A stretch of DNA of 41,106 bases from Betaproteobacteria bacterium (GTDB lineage Bacteria > Pseudomonadota > Gammaproteobacteria > Burkholderiales > SG8-39): contig VBCP01000068.1 in assembly GCA_005888925.1 (NCBI GenBank), positions 1-41,106 on the forward strand. Reading direction: 5' to 3'. Of this stretch, positions 32,322 through 40,726 are shown piece after piece. The stretch's first letter is position 1, and each line of letters opens with the position of its first letter. The notes beneath the pieces were generated by a model, which was given only the letters and a program-made list of their open reading frames with translations, did no database searches and was not told the DNA's origin. The position numbers and the translations under genes were made by a program.

Positions 32322-33687
32322 CCTGGAACCAGAGGCTGCCGTGCTTCTGCAGCACTTCGCGCGTGGCGTCGAGGTAGCGGCTGTCGCGCAGCGCTTCGCC
32401 GAGGCGCAAGTCGTCGATCTGCGCGACATAGATCGCGGCGTTCCACGCGGCGAACAGCGTGGAGGTGCCGATGCTCGACGAGATCTCGGACGGCAGCGTG
32501 TGCATGTCGTAGCGGAAGATGGCGCGTGCGTCCGCGTAGGCGTTGAAGTTGTAGCGGCGCGCGTCGCGGCCGAGCTCGGTCTTCGTGGCGCGCATCAGGT
32601 CGTGGCGGCTCTGCGTGAACGGGTTCTCGCCCGGCCAGACCTGCTGCACGATTTCCAGGCCGGGGTCGTGCCCGTAGGAATGGATGCCGAGCAGCCGCCC
32701 GCCTTTGCCGAGCGCACGCACCAGCGGCGTCACGACCTTCTGCGCCTTGAACTCGAGCGGCGCGCGCGCGCGGTAGGGCTGCGAGGCGATGACCATGTCG
32801 TACTCGGCTTTGCCCTCACCGCGCTTCGGGATCACGTTCTCGAGCAGGAATCGATAGTCTTCCCGGTACAGGACCAGCGCGGTGGGGTGCTCGTAGATCG
32901 GGTTGCCGCTCTTCGGGCTGTGCCGCGCCTGCCAGTTCTTGGCGAGGAACGGCTCGAGCGCCGCGATCTGCTCGCTGAAGTCGTGCGACGTCGTGCCGGT
33001 GAGCGCGGCCTCGTGCCATACCATGGCGGTGGCGTGCTCGACGGCGCGCGGCTGCAGCCACGGCGCCTCGCTGTAATACATGTTGGTGACGACGAGCACC
33101 GTGGCGGGATGCTCGAAGAACCGATCGGCCATCTTGCGCAAGCTGAGGCGCACGTCCTCGAGGCTGATCTCCTTGCCGACGATGTAGAACGGCACGGTCG
33201 GAAAGCGCCGGTGCATCTCGCGCATGACGCGCGCGAGCACGGTGCCATCGCCCATGCCGGCGTCGAACAGGCGCACCGCCGGCGGCCGCGGGTGGATCTG
33301 GCCGAGCTCGAGCCCGACGCGGCGCGCGATGACGTCCTTCTCGCTGCAGGTGTTGACGAACAGGAGATACTTCTGGCGGTTGTCGAAGAAGCGGAAATTG
33401 GTCTCGGGATCGGCTTTCTGCGCCGGCGCGCTCGTGCGGCGCACGGCCCCGGCGTGGATCAGCGGCATCAGCTCGGGCGGCGACTCGCCCGCTCCGCTCG
33501 CGCCGTGCTTCACCATGAAATCGTTGACGCGCGTCAGCGTCTCCGGCGTGACGCGCGCGCCGTCGCGCAGGCGCGCGACGAACTTGCCGTCGTTGACCGC
33601 GCGTCGGCCGAAAGTCGACTCCGCCATGCCGGTGCGTCGGCAAAAATCAGAGATGCTGCCGAGTAGAGTCCCGCCTCCTGCCTGCAC
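32287..33687 (-). CDS. uncharacterised protein: N-terminal HTH-like segment plus class-I SAM-methyltransferase-like fold with a large insertion
   Basis: HTH-like: SISDFCRRTGMAESTFGRRAVNDGKFVARLRDGARVTPETLTRVNDFM. MTase motif I-like: VRLFDAGMGDGTVL. Post-I acidic residue: IVGKEIS. Later motifs: YDMVIASQPY and LGKGGRLLGIHS. Start is uncertain: GTG 33687 lies 4 nt after GGAGGA. ATG 33798 (track) would abut the divergent CBS start, and ATG 33627 would cut the HTH. Confidence 0.5.
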   Translation of the reverse strand: MQAGGGTLLGSISDFCRRTGMAESTFGRRAVNDGKFVARLRDGARVTPETLTRVNDFMVKHGASGAGESPPELMPLIHAGAVRRTSAPAQKADPETNFRFFDNRQKYLLFVNTCSEKDVIARRVGLELGQIHPRPPAVRLFDAGMGDGTVLARVMREMHRRFPTVPFYIVGKEISLEDVRLSLRKMADRFFEHPATVLVVTNMYYSEAPWLQPRAVEHATAMVWHEAALTGTTSHDFSEQIAALEPFLAKNWQARHSPKSGNPIYEHPTALVLYREDYRFLLENVIPKRGEGKAEYDMVIASQPYRARAPLEFKAQKVVTPLVRALGKGGRLLGIHSYGHDPGLEIVQQVWPGENPFTQSRHDLMRATKTELGRDARRYNFNAYADARAIFRYDMHTLPSEISSSIGTSTLFAAWNAAIYVAQIDDLRLGEALRDSRYLDATREVLQKHGSLWFQDESYVVSRKRD

Positions 33688-33797
33688 TCCATCCTCCGTA
33701 ACAGGACTGCGGGAAAATGGTGCGCGCACTAGTGGTGGGACATCAACCACGCGCTGCGTCCCGTGAAAAGTGGGATGCTGCCCATTCTTAATAATCA

Positions 33798-35165
33798 ATG
33801 CCTTCCGTCCTAGAGCTGATAGGCAACACCCCGATGATCGAGGTCGCGCGCCTCGACACCGGCCGCTGCCGCCTGTTCCTCAAGCTCGAGAACCAGAACC
33901 CGGGCGGCTCGATCAAGGACCGCATCGCGCTGTCGATGATCGAGGCGGCCGAGCGCGAAAAGAAGATCCAGAAGGGCTCGCTGATCGTCGAGGCCACCGC
34001 AGGCAACACCGGGCTCGGCCTTGCGCTGGTCGCGGCGCAGAAGGGCTATCGCCTGCTCATCGTGGTGCCCGACAAGATGAGCCAGGAAAAGATCTTCCAC
34101 CTGAAGGCGCTCGGCGCCGAGGTGCAGCTCACGCGCTCCGACGTGACGAAGGGGCACCCCGAGTACTACCAGGACAAGGCGGCGCGCATCGCGCGCGAGA
34201 CGCCAGGGGCGTTCTACGTGAACCAATTCGGCAACGAGGCGAATCCCTGGGCGCACGAGCACACCACGGGGCCGGAGATCTGGGAGCAGATGGAGCACCA
34301 GCTCGACGCGATGGTTTGCGGCGTGGGCACCGGCGGCACCCTCACCGGCCTCGGGCGCTTTTTCGCCAAGGTGGCGCCGCAAGCCGAGATGGTGCTCGCC
34401 GATCCGCAAGGCTCGATCCTCGCGCCGCTCATCAAGACGGGTAAGGCGCCGGACCACGTCGGCAGCTGGCTGGTGGAGGGCATCGGCGAGGACTTCGTGC
34501 CGCCGGTGTGCGACCTGTCGCTGGTGAAGAAGGCCTACGCCATCCCGGATCGCGAGGCCCTGCTCACCTGCCGCGAGCTGCTGCGCAAGGAAGGCGTGAT
34601 GGCCGGCACCTCCACCGGCACGCTGGTCGCCGCGGCGCTGCGCTACTGCCGAGAGCAGACGACGGCCAAACGCGTGGTTACGCTGGTCTGCGACAGCGGC
34701 AACAAGTACCTCTCCAAGGTCTACAACGACTTCTGGATGCTCGACCAGGGCTTCGTCGAGCGCGAGCGCTTCGGCGACCTGCGCGATCTCATCAGCCGCC
34801 GGCACCACGACCATGCGGTGGCGACGGTCAGCGCCGACGAGAAGGTGCTCGCGGCGTACCAGCGCATGAAGCTCTACGACGTATCGCAGCTCCCGGTGCT
34901 GCGCGACGGCCGCATCGTCGGTATCGTCGATGAAGAGGACATCCTGCTCGAGGTGTACGACAATCCGCAGCATTTCAACGAGCCGGTGACCCAAGCGATG
35001 GCGAGCAACCTCATTACCGTCCCGCCGAGCGCCTCGATCGAGCAACTGATGGAGATTTTCAAGCGCGGCATGGTCGCGATCGTCGTCGACGGCGAGGAAT
35101 TTCTCGGCTTCATCACGCGTATCGACCTGCTGAACTGGCTGCGCCGCCGCTTGGACGACAAATGA
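33798..35165 (+). CDS. cystathionine beta-synthase-type PLP enzyme (CysK/CysM fold plus C-terminal tandem CBS domains)
   Basis: 455 aa: LIGNTPMIEV...KLENQNPGGSIKDRIA (PLP lysine)...ATAGNTGLGLA...GTGGT. The C-terminal ~130 aa hold two CBS motifs (YDVSQLPVLRDGRIVGIVDEEDIL; GMVAIVVDGEEFLGFITRIDLL). Confidence 0.9.
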   Translation: MPSVLELIGNTPMIEVARLDTGRCRLFLKLENQNPGGSIKDRIALSMIEAAEREKKIQKGSLIVEATAGNTGLGLALVAAQKGYRLLIVVPDKMSQEKIFHLKALGAEVQLTRSDVTKGHPEYYQDKAARIARETPGAFYVNQFGNEANPWAHEHTTGPEIWEQMEHQLDAMVCGVGTGGTLTGLGRFFAKVAPQAEMVLADPQGSILAPLIKTGKAPDHVGSWLVEGIGEDFVPPVCDLSLVKKAYAIPDREALLTCRELLRKEGVMAGTSTGTLVAAALRYCREQTTAKRVVTLVCDSGNKYLSKVYNDFWMLDQGFVERERFGDLRDLISRRHHDHAVATVSADEKVLAAYQRMKLYDVSQLPVLRDGRIVGIVDEEDILLEVYDNPQHFNEPVTQAMASNLITVPPSASIEQLMEIFKRGMVAIVVDGEEFLGFITRIDLLNWLRRRLDDK

Positions 35166-36307
35166 AATTCGACACCAAGGTGGTGCACGCCGGACAGGAG
35201 CCCGATCCGCGCACCGGCGCGGTGATGACGCCGATCTACGCCACCTCGACCTATGCGCAGGCGAGCCCCGGCGAGCATCAGGGCTACGACTACGCGCGCA
35301 CGCGGAACCCGACGCGCGATGCGCTCGAAGCCTGCATCGCCGAGCTCGAAGGTGGCGATACCGGCTTCGCCTTCGCGTCGGGCATGGCTGCGATCGGCAC
35401 CATCCTGGAAACCCTGGACGCGGGGTCGCATGTCGTGTGCATGCACGATCTCTACGGTGGCAGCTATCGCATCTTGGAGAAAGTCAGGAAACGCTCGGCG
35501 GGCCTGCAGGCGACTTTCATCGACCTCTCGGACAGCAAGGCACTGGAGCCGGCGATCCGCCCGAACACGCGCATGCTGTGGATCGAGACGCCCACCAATC
35601 CGCTGCTCAAGCTCGTCGACCTCTCCGCGGTGGCGGAGATCGCGCATCGCAAAAAGCTGGTCTGCGTGTGCGACAGCACCTTCGCCTCGCCATGGATCCA
35701 GCGGCCGCTCGAGCATGGCTTCGACATCGTGGTCCACTCCACCACCAAGTACCTGAACGGCCATTCGGACGTGATCGGCGGCGCCGCAGTGATTCGGAAA
35801 GACGCGGAGCTGAAGGAAAAGCTGGCCTTCCTGCAGAACGCGGTGGGCGGGGTGCCGAGCCCCTTCGATGCGTTCCTCACGCTGCGCGGCATCAAGACGC
35901 TCGCGCTGCGCATGGAGCGCCATTGCGGCAACGCCATGCACATCGCCGCGTGGCTCGAGAAGCATCCGCGGATCGAGCGCGTGATCTATCCGGGACTGGC
36001 GAGCCACCCCCAGCATCTGCTCGCGGCAAAGCAGATGCACCAGCGCTACGGCGGCATGGTCAGCGCAATCCTCAAAGGCGGGCTCGCGGCATCGCGGCGC
36101 TTTCTCGAGCGCTGCAAGCTCTTCACGCTCGCCGAGAGCCTGGGCGGCGTCGAGAGCCTGATCGAACACCCGGCGATCATGACGCATGCCTCGCTGCCCG
36201 AGGACGTGCGCGCGGGCCTCGGCATCAGCGACGGCCTGGTGCGACTCTCCGTCGGCATCGAGGACGTCGAGGACCTGATCGCCGAGCTGAAGTACGCGCT
36301 GGATTAG
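35162..36307 (+). CDS. cystathionine gamma-lyase / gamma-synthase family PLP enzyme (Cys/Met metabolism)
   Basis: 381 aa: YATSTY...YDYARTRNPTRDALE...FASGMAA...HSTTKYLNGHSDVIGG (PLP lysine)...RLSVGIEDVEDLI. ATGA overlap with the CBS stop. Confidence 0.9.
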   Translation: MKFDTKVVHAGQEPDPRTGAVMTPIYATSTYAQASPGEHQGYDYARTRNPTRDALEACIAELEGGDTGFAFASGMAAIGTILETLDAGSHVVCMHDLYGGSYRILEKVRKRSAGLQATFIDLSDSKALEPAIRPNTRMLWIETPTNPLLKLVDLSAVAEIAHRKKLVCVCDSTFASPWIQRPLEHGFDIVVHSTTKYLNGHSDVIGGAAVIRKDAELKEKLAFLQNAVGGVPSPFDAFLTLRGIKTLALRMERHCGNAMHIAAWLEKHPRIERVIYPGLASHPQHLLAAKQMHQRYGGMVSAILKGGLAASRRFLERCKLFTLAESLGGVESLIEHPAIMTHASLPEDVRAGLGISDGLVRLSVGIEDVEDLIAELKYALD

Positions 36308-36371
36308 CGTCTTTCTCCTTTCCACGGTCGTCGCCGCGATCGCGCTCGTCGCGCTCGCGATCTGGTACATC

Positions 36372-37226
36372 GTGGCGATGCCGGGCCACTCCCACGAGGG
36401 CGCGCTCAACTTCACCCCGGCGGAAACCGAGCTCGCCGCTCGATTGCGCGCGCACGTCGAGGCGCTCGCCGCCGGCGAGCGCAATGTCGATCTCGAGCGG
36501 CCCGCGCGCTATATCGAGCAGCAGTTCGGCGGCTCGCGCTCGCAGCAGTTTCAAAGCGGCGGCCGCTGGGTGCGCAACATCGAGGCCGGTGCCGGCCCGA
36601 TCGTGGTCGGCGCGCACTACGACACGGTGCCGGGCTCGCCGGGCGCCGACGACAACGCTTCAGGCGTCGCGGTGCTGCTCGAGCTCGCGCGCATGGGACT
36701 GCCGGCGCGCTTCGTCGCCTTTGCCAACGAAGAGATGCCGTATTTCCAGAGCGGCGAAATGGGCAGCCATGCCTGGGCGGCGCGCGCTCACCGCGCCGGG
36801 GACAAGATCAGCGCGATGCTGTCGCTCGAGATGCTCGGCTACTACCGCAACGTCCCGCGCAGCCAGGGCTACCCGCCGCCGCTCGGCTGGTTCTATCCCG
36901 ATCGCGCCAACTTCATCGCTTTTGTCGGGGATCTGGATGCCCGACGCCTGGTGCGGCACGCTGTTGGCTTCTTCAGAAAGTATGCGAAGTTTCCGGCCGA
37001 GGGTGTGGCCGCGCCGGCGGGCATTCCCGGCGTGACCTGGTCGGACCACTGGTCTTTTCGGAGCCACGGCTATCCGGCGATCATGGTCACCGACACCGCC
37101 TTCTATCGCTATCCCCACTACCACCTGCCGAGCGATACGCCGGAGAAGCTCGACTACATGCGCATGGCGCGCGTGACGCTGGGTTTGGCAGCCGTCATCA
37201 AGGAACTGGCCAATGAAAATCGGTGA
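36372..37226 (+). CDS. M28-family zinc aminopeptidase-like protein
   Basis: GAHYDTVPGSPGADDNASGVAVLLELAR and later LEMLG...HWSF...D motifs. GTG 36372 is the first canonical start, but an in-frame hydrophobic anchor is encoded upstream (see findings), so the true 5' end may be earlier. Confidence 0.75.
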   Translation: MAMPGHSHEGALNFTPAETELAARLRAHVEALAAGERNVDLERPARYIEQQFGGSRSQQFQSGGRWVRNIEAGAGPIVVGAHYDTVPGSPGADDNASGVAVLLELARMGLPARFVAFANEEMPYFQSGEMGSHAWAARAHRAGDKISAMLSLEMLGYYRNVPRSQGYPPPLGWFYPDRANFIAFVGDLDARRLVRHAVGFFRKYAKFPAEGVAAPAGIPGVTWSDHWSFRSHGYPAIMVTDTAFYRYPHYHLPSDTPEKLDYMRMARVTLGLAAVIKELANENR

Positions 37227-38028
37227 GCTCAACGTCAACCGCATCGGTTATGGCGCGATGCGGGTGATCGAGGATCCCAGTATCTGGGGTCCGCCGAAGG
37301 ACAAGGCGAACGCCCACCGGGTACTGCGGCGCGCCTACGAGCTCGGCGCGAACTTCTTCGACACCGCCGAGAGCTACGGACCGCACTACAGCGAGATCAC
37401 CATCGCGGAGGCCATGCATCCGTATCCGAAGGATCTCGTCATCGGCACGAAGTGCGGCCTTTCGCGCCCGAAGCCGTCGCGCTGGGACGAGGACGGCCAT
37501 CCGGAGAAGCTGCGCAAGGACTTGGAAGGCAGCCTCAAGCGCCTCAAGCTCGGGCGGATCGACCTCTACCAGCTCCATGCCCCCGACCCGAAAGTGCCGT
37601 TCGAGGACCAGATCGGCGCGCTCGCCGAGTTCCAGCGCGAAGGCAAGGTGCGGCACGTGGGCCTCTCGAACGTCACGGTGAAGCAGTTCGAGCAGGCGCG
37701 CAAAATCGTGCCGATCGTCTCGGTGCAGAACCGCTACAACCTCGGCGACCGCAGCTCCGAGGACGTGCTCAAGGCCTGCGAGCACCTGGGCATCGCCTTC
37801 CTGCCGTGGTTTCCGCTGGGCGACGGCGCCTCGCTCGATTCTGCCAGGGTGAAAGCGCTGGCCAAGAAGCTGGGCGCCGCGCCCTCGCAGGTCGTGATTG
37901 CTTGGCTGCTGCAGAAATCGCCGGTGATGCTGCCGATCCCCGGCACGGGCTCGGTCGAGCATCTCGAGGAGAACATGGCGGCTGCCAAATTGCGCTTGAG
38001 CGCTGCGGATATGGCTGCGCTGCAATGA
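37213..38028 (+). CDS. aldo/keto reductase
   Basis: 271 aa: IGYGAMRV...FFDTAESYG...IDLYQLHAPD...VGLSNV...IPGTGSVEHLEEN. Confidence 0.9.
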   Translation: MKIGELNVNRIGYGAMRVIEDPSIWGPPKDKANAHRVLRRAYELGANFFDTAESYGPHYSEITIAEAMHPYPKDLVIGTKCGLSRPKPSRWDEDGHPEKLRKDLEGSLKRLKLGRIDLYQLHAPDPKVPFEDQIGALAEFQREGKVRHVGLSNVTVKQFEQARKIVPIVSVQNRYNLGDRSSEDVLKACEHLGIAFLPWFPLGDGASLDSARVKALAKKLGAAPSQVVIAWLLQKSPVMLPIPGTGSVEHLEENMAAAKLRLSAADMAALQ

Positions 38029-39095
38029 GCGCACGCGACAGCGACGAAGTGTTCTATGCGCGCACCTTCGCGGTCGCCGCGCTCGCGCTCGTCGCCTACC
38101 TGCTCTACTCGGTCCTCGCCCCGTTCCTCGCGCCGATCGCCTGGGCGCTGTTCATCGCCTTCCTGCTCCACCCCGCGCAGAGCTCGCTCGTGCGGCGCCT
38201 GTCGGGCCGCGCGAACCTCTCGGCCGCCCTCCTAACTCTCGTGGCGTTCCTGATCCTGGTGGGACCACTCGCCGCCCTGGGTACCGCCTTTGCCAGACAG
38301 GCAGGCGAGCTGCTGCGCTATGCGCAGCAGTACGCCGCCGACCATCGCGTAGCGGCGCCGACCGATCTCGCGAGCGTGCCCTTCGTCGGCTCCGCTCTGG
38401 CGTGGCTCGAACAGAACATCGGCATCTCGCTCGAGCAGGTGCAGGACTGGGCGGTGGAGGCGGCGCGCACGGTGCTCGGCTTGCTCGCCACGCTCGGGCG
38501 CTCGGCATTTCTCGGCGCCCTGGGCACGCTGGTCGGCTTCCTCATCATGATGTTCATCCTGTTCTTCGCGATCCGCGACGGCGCGGCGCTGTTCGAGCGG
38601 CTGCGCGAGCTGGTTCCCATGCGCGACGAAGACAAGAAGCGGCTCTTCCGCCATCTCGGCTCGGTCACGCGCGCGATGGTCTACGGCACGGGCGTGACGG
38701 CCCTCGTGCAGGGCGCGCTCGTCGCCATCGGTTTCGCGGTGGCGGGTCTTCCCTCCCCGGTCGTGTTCGGCGTGCTGGCGGCGCTCTTCGCTCTCGTGCC
38801 CATGGCCGGCACCCCGGTGGTGTGGGTGCCCGCGGTCGTCGTGCTCGCGGTGCAGGGACGCGTCACCGCGGCGGTTCTGATGCTGATCTGGGGTGGCTTC
38901 GTCGTCACGATCGACAATTTCTTGCGGCCGATGCTCGTCTCGGGCAAGGCCGAGGTCGCCACCCTCACCGTGTTCATCGGCGTGCTCGGCGGCGTCGCCG
39001 CGTTCGGACCGATCGGCATCGTGCTCGGCCCGCTCGTGCTCGCGCTGGGGATCGCCCTGGTACAGTTCAAGCTCGACGAGCGCGCCGCGCGCTAA
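38025..39095 (+). CDS. AI-2E family (PerM/UPF0118) transporter
   Basis: About 356 aa from ATG 38025 (ATGA overlap with the AKR stop): MSARDSDEVFYARTFAVAALALVAYLLY...; 7-8 TM segments; C-terminal ...IDNFLRPMLVSGKAEV...LGGVAAFGPIGIVLGP, typical of the family. The track ORF start at 37452 is out of frame inside the AKR gene. Confidence 0.85.
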   Translation: MSARDSDEVFYARTFAVAALALVAYLLYSVLAPFLAPIAWALFIAFLLHPAQSSLVRRLSGRANLSAALLTLVAFLILVGPLAALGTAFARQAGELLRYAQQYAADHRVAAPTDLASVPFVGSALAWLEQNIGISLEQVQDWAVEAARTVLGLLATLGRSAFLGALGTLVGFLIMMFILFFAIRDGAALFERLRELVPMRDEDKKRLFRHLGSVTRAMVYGTGVTALVQGALVAIGFAVAGLPSPVVFGVLAALFALVPMAGTPVVWVPAVVVLAVQGRVTAAVLMLIWGGFVVTIDNFLRPMLVSGKAEVATLTVFIGVLGGVAAFGPIGIVLGPLVLALGIALVQFKLDERAAR

Positions 39096-39121
39096 CATAA
39101 AAAACTAGGAGGATGTGCCTC

Positions 39122-40081
39122 ATGCGTCTCGCTTCATGGATATTCATTTTCCTTTTCGGCATGGCGAGCGGTGCGCTCGCGCAGAGCGACTACCCGTCCA
39201 AGCCGATCCGCATCGTCGTCGGCTATGCCGCCGGCGGCGGCAACGACATCATCGTGCGCGTGATGCAGCCGGAGATGTCCAAGGGCCTCGGGCAGCCGGT
39301 GATCGTCGAGAACAAGCCCGGCGCGCAGTCGATCATCGCCGCCGAAACCGTGGCGAAGGCCGCGCCCGACGGCTACACCATCCTGATGGGGCCGAGCGGG
39401 CCGATGACGATCAACCCGGCCACCTACTCCAAGCTGCCGTACGACGCGCAGCGCGACTTCGCGCCGATCTCGCTCATCTGCCAGTTTCCGCTGATCGTCG
39501 CCGTCAACGCCGCGCTGCCGGTGCGCAGCGTGAAGGAGCTGATCGCCTACGCCAAGGCGAATCCCGGCAAGGCGAATTACTCCTCGAGCGCGGGAATTTT
39601 CCAGGTCACGACCGAGCTCTTCAAGCAGAAGACCGGCACGAGCTTCGTCATGATCCCTTACAAGAGCAGCGGCGAATCGGTGCAGGCGCTGCTCACCGGC
39701 GACGCGATGGTGACGTTCGTCGATCCGCCGCCCGTGACCGCGCCGCTCAAAGCCGGCACGGTCCGCGGGCTCGCCATCACGTCGGCGACGCGCCATCCTT
39801 CGTGGCCCAACCTGCCGACGATGGCGCAAGCCGGCGTGCCGGACATGGAAGTGCCGGTATGGACCGCGTTCTTCGCGCCGGCGAAGACGCCGAGCGCGAT
39901 CGTCGCGCGGCTGCAGAAGGAAGTGGCGCGTGTCGTGCACACCGCCGAGGTCAAGGAGCGCTTCGCCCAGATGGGCCTCGATCCGGTGGGCGGCACGCCG
40001 GATGAGCTGGCGAAGATCGTCGCGCGCGACCTCGAGAAATACACCGCCGTCGCGAAAGCCGCGAACATCAAGAACGACTAG
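39122..40081 (+). CDS. TctC/Bug-family periplasmic substrate-binding protein
   Basis: Signal peptide then AQSDYPSKPIRIVVGYAAGGGNDI...MIPYKS. AGGAGGA (39107-39113) is placed 8 nt before ATG 39122. The track start ATG 39113 lies inside the SD sequence. Confidence 0.9.
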   Translation: MRLASWIFIFLFGMASGALAQSDYPSKPIRIVVGYAAGGGNDIIVRVMQPEMSKGLGQPVIVENKPGAQSIIAAETVAKAAPDGYTILMGPSGPMTINPATYSKLPYDAQRDFAPISLICQFPLIVAVNAALPVRSVKELIAYAKANPGKANYSSSAGIFQVTTELFKQKTGTSFVMIPYKSSGESVQALLTGDAMVTFVDPPPVTAPLKAGTVRGLAITSATRHPSWPNLPTMAQAGVPDMEVPVWTAFFAPAKTPSAIVARLQKEVARVVHTAEVKERFAQMGLDPVGGTPDELAKIVARDLEKYTAVAKAANIKND

Positions 40082-40084
40082 GCT

Positions 40085-40696
40085 CTAGAGCGGCCGGATC
40101 TGCACCTTGCGCCACTTGATCGGGCCGCCTTCGACACCCTTCACGCCGGGTCCGTACTGCAGCGCGAATGGCCCGGACGCGTGCTTGCTGTCCTGCACGC
40201 TGACTGTCTGCACGCCGTTCAGCTTCACCGTGAGCTGGTTGCCCTTCGCGCTGATCTCGTAGGTGTTCCATTTGCCGCCCGCCTTGTTGACGATCGGCAC
40301 GGGAACGGCGGCGACGTCGACGATCGCGCCCGTACCGTACTTCGGCTCGGGGCGGATATCCCAGATGTTGACCTCGTAGCAGGTTGCGGCGCCCACTTTC
40401 GCCGGATCGGCGCAGCGGAGGAAAACACCGCTGTTGGTATCCGTCGCGGCCCAGAATTCGGCGCGGATCTCGAAATCCCCGTAGGCATTCTTCGAGACGA
40501 GATAGCCGCCCTTGCCTTTGTCGGCAACGATCGCGCCGCCTTCGGCGCGCCAGTTGGCGTCGCCCAAGCGGCTGAAATTCTCGAGGCCCTTGTCGCCGTC
40601 CACCAACGTCTCCCAGCCCATGCCCGGGATGCGCATCTGCGCGCAGCCCGCCACCGCAACGACGAACGCAGCCGCAGCGAAACCGTACCGTTTCAT
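40085..40696 (-). CDS. DUF1080 (3-keto-disaccharide-hydrolase-like, LamG-fold) lipoprotein
   Basis: 203 aa with lipobox VAVAGC. GWETLVDGDKGLENFSRLGDANWRAEGGAI...YGDFEIRAEFW...NSGVFLR...EVNIWD...LQY...KWRKVQIRPL is the DUF1080 pattern. GAGGAGGAGGGG lies upstream. Confidence 0.8.
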   Translation of the reverse strand: MKRYGFAAAAFVVAVAGCAQMRIPGMGWETLVDGDKGLENFSRLGDANWRAEGGAIVADKGKGGYLVSKNAYGDFEIRAEFWAATDTNSGVFLRCADPAKVGAATCYEVNIWDIRPEPKYGTGAIVDVAAVPVPIVNKAGGKWNTYEISAKGNQLTVKLNGVQTVSVQDSKHASGPFALQYGPGVKGVEGGPIKWRKVQIRPL

Positions 40697-40726
40697 GGTC
40701 CCCTCCTCCTCTGTGAAACGCTGATT

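Noticed and set aside
33810-36484. Minus-strand ORFs 33810..35045 (411 aa) and 34874..36484 (536 aa)
   Set aside because: Antisense to the CBS-type and gamma-lyase genes, which have unambiguous PLP-enzyme motifs.
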